Assembly: GCA_964304625.1 (NCBI GenBank)
Contig: OZ199838.1
Location: 2,417,329-2,481,328, forward strand
Direction of reading: 5' to 3'
From: Kudoa neothunni
Lineage: Eukaryota; Animalia; Cnidaria
DNA: 64,000 nt
The notes beneath the pieces are model-generated. The model saw only the letters and a list, made by a program, of their open reading frames with translations, was not told the origin of the DNA and ran no database searches. Shown here piece by piece: positions 54,877 through 64,000 of this stretch (position 1 is its first letter; each line of letters opens with the position of its first letter). Position numbers and translations under genes: made by a program.

Positions 54877-55152
54877 ATGGTATACGACCTTACAGGATGT
54901 TTTCTCATCTAATAATTCATTGTATTATAGCCTAAAGAAGTTACGGAGATTAAAGAATTCCTCAGAAAAGCTAGAAATGTCAACGCTAAACAAATCACTA
55001 TCAAACCGAATAAGAGAGAAGATGCGTTTAAATTTAAGGTCAGACTGGGACGCTACATGTACACTTTCACTGTGAAAGATAAATTCAAGGCCGCACGTTT
55101 GAAGCAATCGTTGCCCCCTGGTTTACAAGTCAAAGAGGTTGGCAAAAAATAA
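54877..55152 (+). CDS. RPL38: 60S ribosomal protein L38 (eL38), missed by the ORF track
   Basis: ATG 54877-54879, 51-nt intron 54880-54930, then PKEVTEIKEFLRKAR...KFKVRLGRYMYTFTVKDKFKAARLKQSLPPGLQVKEVGKK*. Confidence 0.95.
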
Positions 55153-55201
55153 ACATGCAAAATCCATAGAAACAATTTAGATACATATCTATTTATAGAA
55201 A

Positions 55202-55229
55202 ATATATATATATATATATATATATATAG
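55202..55229. repeat. (AT)n microsatellite between the convergent RPL38 and RBM28 3' ends
   Basis: Direct AT dinucleotide run. Similar runs lie at about 9100-9123 and 57863-57892. Confidence 0.9.
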
Positions 55230-55252
55230 ATGTGTTTGTGTGTTTTGAGGAA

Positions 55253-57243
55253 TTAGTCTTTTATTTTGATATCGCGTTCAAATGGATTTTTTCGTTTACG
55301 TTTCAAATTGGGTTTTGATTTGTCGTGGTTAGCGTGGAAAAAGCGTTCACCATTGTTTTTGTTGGATTGAGCACGTCGCGCTCTTTGTTTAGCTTTTATT
55401 TGTTTGTTTAACGCTTGAATGTTTTCCACGGAGAAATCAACCATGAGTTTAGTTTTGGTGGGTTTGGCTGGGGTGGTTGGATCAACGGAGGTAGTTGGGG
55501 GAAACAATTCGCTAGTTAGCCTATTGGCGGATGCCTTAAGAGCTTTTAACGCACATTCATGCGTGTTAAATTCCACAAAGCCATATCCTTTACTTTTTCC
55601 CTTTTTATCCTTGGCGTTGTTAGGATTGAAGCGTGCCAATCTAACCTGTTTAAGTCGGCAGCTTTTGCCGCCAAGTATTTGGTAGACTCTACTAAGTGTG
55701 GTTTCATCCACGTAGTTGGGAATATTTCTAATGCAGATGCGTGTTCTAGAAACGAAAAAGTTTGTGTTTTTCAATTTAGATTGTTTGGCCTTCATTGCAT
55801 CGGCATGCATTTTTTTCTCGTTATCAGATAAAGTCACACCGTGATACACTGCATCTTCAGCCTGATTATTGATTTGGTTGTTGTAAGCTAAACCAAGATT
55901 TGACAACGTGAGATTTCTTTTATCGTTAGATAGTTGTTGTTTTTTTCGTTCATTCACTTTATCACTTAGATTCTCGGGAGTTAGAGCAGGCAAAAATTCC
56001 AGCACATTACCATCCAACGTGATATCTTTACAAAGTATTAGAAACAATAAAAATACATCGCAACAAATCACCCTCTTCAACGTATTCTCCGTTTTCGTTA
56101 TTTTTCCAAGTGACACATTTGTTGAAGTGGTCAATTGAACTAAATCGCACAAAAGCCGTCCCTTTAGGTTGATTGAGTTGTTTATCGATAACAAAACGGC
56201 AATCTTCTGTGGTGCCAAACTTGTTGGTCATAAACCGCTTAAAATCTGACATTTGTGTGACCCAAGAAATATTTTTAACAAAAACAGTTCTCGACATTAG
56301 TTCACTTTTGTCTTCCACCGATTGAATTTGAATTGGTTTTTCTTCAACTGTGGGATTAGTTGAAATTTCCCACTTTAATAGATTGTCCGAATTTTCATCG
56401 AGCTCAGACTCATCTTCATTACTATTATCGTTGTCATCATTTGTTGAAGTTTCTGGCTCATTTTGTTGTTGCTTATCGTAAACATCTTTATCAATAGCCA
56501 AATCTACAATGATTGGTCGATTGTTTGCCATCCTTTTTTCGTTAAACATTTTGATCGATCTTGCGGCGTCATTCGCTCGACAAAACTGCACAAAACAACA
56601 ACCCTTTCTTATGAGGTTCCCCGAGTTGTCGATGCGAGTGAGGAATTTTATTGACACAATCGGACCACACACTTTGAACCATTTGAAAATCTGAACCTCA
56701 CTCACTGAGAAGGGCACATTTCGGACAATAACTTTAGATCGTGACAGCCTATTTTTAGGGGGTATCCTCTGATTGTAATTCGAAGCTTTGGCTACTGACC
56801 ACAAACGTTGCGTGGAAACCTCTTCCAAATCCGAACGAATAATATCATAAGATTTGTCACAGCTGTCCGGGGAAGAAAACAACAATAATGCAGTAGGTCG
56901 ATTGTGAGTTCTTAAAACGCATTTCCATCCAGTACCTAATTTTAGGTTTTCTAGGTAGGAGGTTATTTTTGATTTTTTAGTTTCCGCTTTAAAGCCGTAA
57001 ATAAAAAGAGTTTTTTGGAGATTAGCTTTGGCTACCGCATTCACAAGGCCATCCTCTTTCTTTAAATACTCCATCAATGGATACACAACAACTAAAACCA
57101 CAATTAAAATTTCAATATTGTTAATATTGTTAATAATGTTGTTGGGGTCTACATTTTTTGCGAAACGATTTGTCATGCCCATCTGTCTCCATTGCCACAT
57201 TCAGATCTATCTCGTCATTTTCACTACGCTCAATATGGTCCAT
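55253..57243 (-). CDS. RBM28: Multi-RRM nucleolar protein RBM28/Nop4
   Basis: VIVRNVPF, KGCCFVQF, RPIIVDLAIDKDVY, RTVFVKNI, KGTAFVRF, DKRNL.L, KLKNTNFFVSRTRICIRNIP, SKGYGFVEF and VDFSVEN. Introns at about 57152-57092 and 56071-56027. The start codon is inferred. Confidence 0.92.
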
Positions 57244-57860
57244 GGAGTGACTTTTGTTGACGACTGCGCGGGGTAGGTACTAACGTTGTCATTTATCGTT
57301 GTAATTCGGTACTACACAAATTTATAAATCTAACGGTACAATAAACTACTACTCTTCATATCAACAATACATGTGTATCGAATAATTTTTTCTGTAAATT
57401 GTTCTTAAATATATATTTTTGTTGTGGCATGATGCGTAATCATGTCTGAATTATTGAGCTTGCACATTACACCGCACATTTTAGTTTGTTTTTCCGTGGT
57501 ACAATAGATAATTGTGAGATTGATTAACTCCAGTATTATTTGCTTACAGGCAACAAAATTGGAGCTCCAATATTGTATAAACGTTTCTATGCACAAACTA
57601 TCACTCGAATAACAAAATTCATTGTTGGGGATATCAAATCCGGGGATGTAAAGACGATTATTAATATCGTTTGATGATGAAATCGCTGAAATTAATGAAA
57701 CTGGTTTCCATAACCATAATACCTGTATAATATTTGGTGACTAAGTAAATAAGGCTCTTTTGTATGACAGCGTGAAGGATATGATTGAGAAAACTTATTA
57801 CATCGCGAGCAAAATTTTCGGTGCCCAAAAATAATGAAAAAGTTATTAGTTTACAAATTA

Positions 57861-57895
<35 letters not shown>

Positions 57896-60800
57896 ATAGA
57901 AATACATTGAATAGTTGAGCTGAAATGCAATAGAAATTGGAAATAAGAGAAAAATTCAGTTTATTTTACTATTGGAACTATCAGAAGTGATAAATTCTGT
58001 TTTTATGATTCAAGATTTGCTGTAGAATAGTAACTAAATAATACATTAACGACTGCTTTGCTGCCTCGTTGGAGCATCACCTTTATTATATTATCGGGTC
58101 CTATTGGGGCGGACCGCGTGAGTTGTATAGGGATTCTCAATTGAACTCGGCATTTTTTCAATTAAACTTGGCATGCTTCCTGTTGACCTCGATACTTTTT
58201 TGGTTCTAAGCCAAAGTTATTCTTTAATGTTAAAATCCATTTCAAGCTACTATATTGTTAATTGATGATCAAGAATAGTTATAATTTTTTTATATATTGA
58301 TTTATCGTAATATTTAATGATAAAATTAGTTTAAATGTTGGTAACATTCATCCTGAAAATTATGATTTTTGCTGAATAATGATTTATAATCGTCCAATTA
58401 TTTTAGAAATTGAATATTACCATCAGTCGTCTAGTGCCTAGATTATAATTAAATGTTGATATAAAAAATTGTTAACAAATTTCTGACTTTAGTGGAAAAA
58501 AGAAACAATAATCTCTTATACTTAATGTTTTTACAGATTATGATCTATAATAATTTCCTTGGAAAAACTCAAACCTAGTAAACTTTGAGTTTTGTCAATA
58601 TACACTATGTGTGGTTAACAGAATGAGACATTACTGTTTCTAATACCATTTTCTGGAATATCCAATAAACTTATTCAATTTTCCTTACTTTTTTATGAAT
58701 TTGCCTTTCATCTATCATCGTAATTTACTAATGAGATCGTTCGTTCCTAGATTTTATATAAATATGAAAATAGACCATTTAATGTTATACTCTCTCTATG
58801 AATAAATTTTAAATAAGAATATTCAACCGGAGTTTATTAAGGGCTATACATACAAACATTTGTTGGTGATCGGAATGAGTTTAATTATAATGTAATAATA
58901 GGTGTTTTCAGTTGGGGTCGGTTTTTAACAAAAAAATTATAAAAATCACGAGTCGAATTTTCGTCTGCGATTGCGATGTAATACAAATAATACCAATAAG
59001 AGCATACTAATTAAGCAAACAACAGATTTCATAATGAATTTTAAATTTTCTGGCTTGAGATAACTTCCAATTATATATTTTGTGATTACTTCCAATTAAA
59101 GGTGTCATGATACTGATCGTATTTTTGGTAGAAACTCCTTAACTTTTCTAATTTCAATTGATTCTTCTTATCAGAATATATATTATGGTTATTAGAACCA
59201 ATTTTTTCAATATTATGAATTTCAGAGGGGTTGGTTCTTAATCTTTCGTGGCACTTCCTATATTATGTATTTGTTGCATAATCCTATGTGTAAGAGTAAT
59301 CATCAGACAAAAGAAAATTATTATTTCTTTTTTTTTCAAGATACTGAGGTTTTTATTTCCACTATTGCTAATTTTTCCAATGATTTCCCATTCCGCGCAA
59401 GCGCAGATGAAATTTTGTCATACATACTTACGTATTACTCATTTCATTAATGGAGTTTAAAATTAGTGCGTTTGAATTCGAAAAACAACTAAATTTGTTA
59501 CTTAAAGTAAAAATTAAGATTTACTACATGACTCAAAGTCATAATAATCATTTATTACGGCATGATATGCGTTATGTATCATCAAATATTACGACTAATT
59601 TATCAAACAATACATACCTTGAAGTAAACGCAATTGCTGTTTACTCACATTTCTTAAAAATCTAGTCAAGTTTGATAATTTATTTATATAAATATATCGA
59701 ATAAATAAATAATATATATTTATACATGTCTATTTGCATGTATCCTTTAAATTATAATGTTTAAGTGTATTAAAAATGAATAATTAATTTAAGGTAATGA
59801 TATCGAATATTAATAAGAATGGACCAAATTTTGGATGTTACTTTGGCTATAATGTAACTTTTTCATAACATCAAGCTTTAATTGTATCAGCAATTTTAGC
59901 GTGTATCAATAAACGCCGTAACTCAATATAGGTGCAGTATTATGCTACGGAATTGATTTAATCTCATTTTTCTTTGAACCTCTTTGAGTACGTAACATTG
60001 ATAAATTATTTTAATCAATTGTTATTATATAATAAAAATTGGAAATGATTTAAGATAAAAATTATATAACTCGGATTTTGATAAAACCTAAAGGTTACAA
60101 TTAAGGCTACCAAAAATGGAGGGTTGATTTCGAGGGTAAAGGGATTATCCCCTAGTTCGCAGAGATTAAGTCAATGTATTAATAAGATTGTGTGATTCGG
60201 TAACGGTCACAGTGGATTTTTGTAATCAATTTTAGGAGATATTTTCCTATCAAAATTCGGTAATGCTTTATTTTTTGGAATAAAATATTTTATTTTTTTT
60301 TAAATATCAGCTAAACTACAGTATCTGTGTAGAACTTCAGGCGGTGTCGCATACAAAATCGGAAATAAAGTAGCTTCCTACAATTCGACCTATTTGTTCA
60401 CTTCTTTTTCCAAAGTTTTTTCATTTTTGATCTTATCACAAAAATTACATAATGTAGTTAAATTCAGCACAAAAAGAATTAACCTATAAACTGGAAATAA
60501 ATCTTGAGTCGAGCATATTCGAATTCATGTGGAATCTCTATGTTGTTGATAAATACATCAAAAAGATTATCCTTTCTCAATAAGTTTAATAAATACAAAG
60601 TCGTTTATTGTTTATCGAAGTTTTTTATTTGTATCTGTCAGTAATAAGTTTGTGAACGTTCAATCTTGTGACTTCGTATTTTAAAAACAGAACTTTCTGA
60701 TTTATTCTATTCAAAATTAGAATGAAGACGTTTCCATTTAACTATGACATTCGTTAATGTGGGTTTTAGTTTACAAACTTTTTCGGTTAGTTTATTCATG

Positions 60801-61529
60801 ATTAAACATATCTTAAAACAATATTTGTTCCAAAATTCAAACATGAAAATTTTAATTTATTTTTGTAAGTTATCTTTTTATTTATATACATTAAGTGAAT
60901 AAATAAATTCAATAATTATTTTTTAATTAAAATCAACTTTAAAGTAGAGTAATTGTCACAATTCAAAAATGGCGATTTTTAAGCATTTTAAATTAAATCA
61001 ATTGTGGATATTAAGAAATCAAAAGCATTTTTTTATTACTTATCTTAAGAATATAAAAATGGTTTAAAATCTACGTGCAGACATTTATTACCTAGTTTTT
61101 GAATATAAAGTGAAATATTATTTCGTATTTTATAATCTAATTCAATATTTTGGTGTGGTTAAATGTTTCAAGCGTTTTTAACTAATACAATTAATTTATT
61201 GAGATGTATTATCTATAAAAATATTTGTCGGAATCATCAAATCCCTATCCAAATCCGTAGTAATCCTCATTTCGATACATAATCACCCTCGATTTTTTAA
61301 AGGCCTAGTTACAATGTATATCTATTTTTTAAGAGTGTGCGAAAAAGAAAGTCTAGGTTTTATATGATATTTTTTTTGTAATTTCACCAAAATTATCACA
61401 ATCGGTAAGTCTCTATTTTTCATTGACACACAGTTACTATGTTTTCAAAAAATATCCAAGTAGTGCACGGTTTCACGAAGAATAACTACAAATTTCAACC
61501 CGCCAAAAGTCAAAATGCATGTAAATAGT

Positions 61530-62247
61530 TTATTCTTGGGGTACAAAAGACTTGATTTCGTCCCACACAAGCTTTTTTAGTTGGTCTCTTGGTAGATTGT
61601 CTGAACCAACCTCGTATGCAATAGTGAATGAAGCAGTTGGCTAAGTAACCCAATCAAACTATGTCATACGATATAATCATTCCAACCTCATCATTCTCGT
61701 CGTGGTAGTCCTCCAAGAATTGGTGTGAAAGTGCTCCCTCAGCAGTTATTCGTTTTGCTGCGTTGAATTCGAGCATTTTAGATATTAAATCGATACAACA
61801 TTCACTCGCCGATGGAACCACTTCATGGATGTTCTTTTTTTTGAATTGAGTCATACTGTCCAAATACATCCTAGCCTATAGAAAATATTCTTATTTGTTT
61901 GTAAAATATTGGATTACCTTAGGATTTTTAATGTCATTCTTATCTTCAGCCGATGGACTACCAGTGAAGTGAAGTATTAGGTTTAGTTGGTCTAAATCTA
62001 GCCCACCAAAATGATTAAAGAATTCCACGCATTAAAAAATACAATGTTTCCCTGGAAATAGTGGTGCGCCATTAAACATTTCAACGAATATACACGCCAC
62101 ACTCCATATATCAATGGCCAACGTGTAGTTTTTGGAGTTGAGCATGACTTCCGGAGCTCGGTACCATCTGGTTGCCACATATTCGGTCATTGCGTCATCG
62201 ATATCTTCTACAGATTGAACTGATTTTGCCAAACCAAAATCACATAT
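61530..62247 (-). CDS. ERK1/2-type MAP kinase, 3' exons only
   Basis: ICDFGLAK...[48 protein letters not shown] and YHDENDE/P. TEY activation motif. No upstream exon was recognised before the window end. Confidence 0.93.
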
Positions 62248-64000
62248 CTATTCCAATATAAAAAATTAGATTAATCTAAATATCCAAAAAAACTTCGTAT
62301 ATCATTTTTCAACTAAAACTTCTAATAAATTGTTGAAGAATCATATCTGCTTACAACAACTGCTATTTTTTCTCATGTAGCCAATACATTTTTAAAATTA
62401 ACGTGAATAATGTGATCGATACCGAATGAGAATTTTTTATTTAATATTTATTATTGATAAATATTTTAGTCGAATACATTCAAAATTCATTACTAATGTT
62501 AACTATTGTTTATTTATTATAGAATAACTCTTTAATATTAGTTCTCCAATTTTCCGATCAAATACTAATAAAATCATAAAAAAACATGTATGTAAAGTGT
62601 AACTATATAAATTTTTGTAAATTTTAAGAAAATGGAATAAAAAAAATTGTAGGTCGAATTATTTATTTCTCAGAATTTTATAAAATCATCCTTGATATAT
62701 AGCAAGTTTTATTAGCTGAATTTAAAAATTACTGATCCGACTATTAAATAAGAATACAAATGCCAATACAAAATTTGACATAAACCATAAACCTATCAAA
62801 AAAGGAAAACTATTCAACATTCCAGTTTTATTTTTATTTAACTCTAGTGTGAAGCCCCGATTTCTCCGATTATACAAATACTTTGAATTAAATAATCCCT
62901 TTACGTAAAAATTACACTAATACTTTCATTTAATTCATAGGAAGGATTAAATTAAAAAATATTAAAAGTATTTTACTTTCTACAGTTGTGATATATAAAA
63001 TTGAAAATAAGATCGTTTCGTGGAGAACATAAACTAGCAAAACTTATGCAGCTAGAAGATAACTTAAGAAAATTATTTGTTAGCTCAAATTAATAACACT
63101 TTATCCGATATAAGCTTTAATATACTCTTGATTACAAAATGGTTAAGCGGCACAGTATATCAACCTATATAATTAAATAATTAGGTAAAGTAAAAATAAA
63201 ACGTTTTTAATGAATTTAATTGCTGAAAGTTTAATTTAACATGCGGCCTCAATTTAATCTATGGTCCTAAACCTAGAATTAGAAGGCTTTAATCTACCTA
63301 TTTATGATATATATTACTATTCCATAATTGAATGAGAAGATTTAAACCATTAATAAAAATTCTCAAAGTATGCTTGTCAAGTAAAATATATTTATGAGTC
63401 ACATATATAAGGGATGTAATTGTGTACACCTTATGAAATGGACACCGAAGTTCCGTATACAGATAGATGAAAATATTAAGTTAACGTTTGATTATAATAT
63501 GTAAGAAGGACGTTAACTTCAACCATCACCTTCAAATAAGAACTTGTACTCCCGTTGTTTTGATGATAACTTATAATTGAACTTTTTAATCCGGCCAACG
63601 AATTTGAAACCGGTAAATAAGTATTTCCTTTTTACTTTCAGGGCTTTTCATGATGTCGTGACAATTAAAATAATTTTTTCTGAATCTTTAATGATTAGGA
63701 GTTTTCAATATTCATATGATCTAAGTATTTATGTATATACATATAAATTGTTTTGTTTGTCAGTCGGTGTGCATTTAAGTGCCACCTGCTGCAGAATTTT
63801 CTCCGGATAGGACGAAGTTTGTGAAACATTCGAAATTTAAGATACTTAAACAATTATTTTATATATTATGAAAACTTCAAAAGCTTTAAAATTAACTAAG
63901 AATGGCAATTTTATTTTTTTGTAATTCCGTATAATCTTTTAAATTTTATTTATCACATTTTTCACAAACATGAAATTTAAGCAAATTTTTTAGTTAATCC

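Noticed and set aside
56028-56218. Overlapping RBM28 ORFs as a programmed frameshift
   Set aside because: Explained by an intron of about 45 nt (GT...AAG) that joins the two frames.
57300-61500. Short ORFs in the AT-rich region between RBM28 and ERK
   Set aside because: Low-complexity I/K/F/N-rich translations typical of random AT-rich DNA. No motifs or coherent exon chain.
1-64000. CRISPR arrays, rRNA, intact tRNA, snRNA or bacterial operons
   Set aside because: No repeat-spacer arrays or recognisable RNA-gene signatures were seen by eye. The genes are intron-containing and eukaryotic, and the IS-like transposases fit eukaryotic Merlin.

Overview
AT-rich eukaryotic (animal) genomic DNA, not prokaryotic. 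Islands of highly divergent housekeeping genes with very short spliceosomal introns (mostly 45-60 nt) alternate with stretches of decayed DNA transposons. Genes reconstructed by manual splicing: MTAP, a stand-alone CYLD-type CAP-Gly protein, an M14B (CPE/CPD-type) carboxypeptidase-like protein, RFC2, an AGFG1-type ArfGAP, SDHC, DP (TFDP), an FRK/Src42A-like tyrosine kinase, NPRL3, RPL38, RBM28 and the 3' half of an ERK-type MAPK. Mobile DNA includes piggyBac elements and a MITE, Merlin/ISXO2 transposase pseudogenes, hAT/Charlie elements with 8-bp TSDs, and a probable Helitron end. This combination suggests a reduced parasitic animal such as a myxozoan (inference only). The most notable observations are: a carboxypeptidase whose catalytic Glu is replaced by His; a kinase with a 57-residue Tyr-less activation segment; operon-like gene spacing with acceptor-like AGs just before start codons; relaxed splice signals; and an apparent frameshift in DP. 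I found no clear-cut novel multi-gene system. Exon boundaries were inferred by eye.
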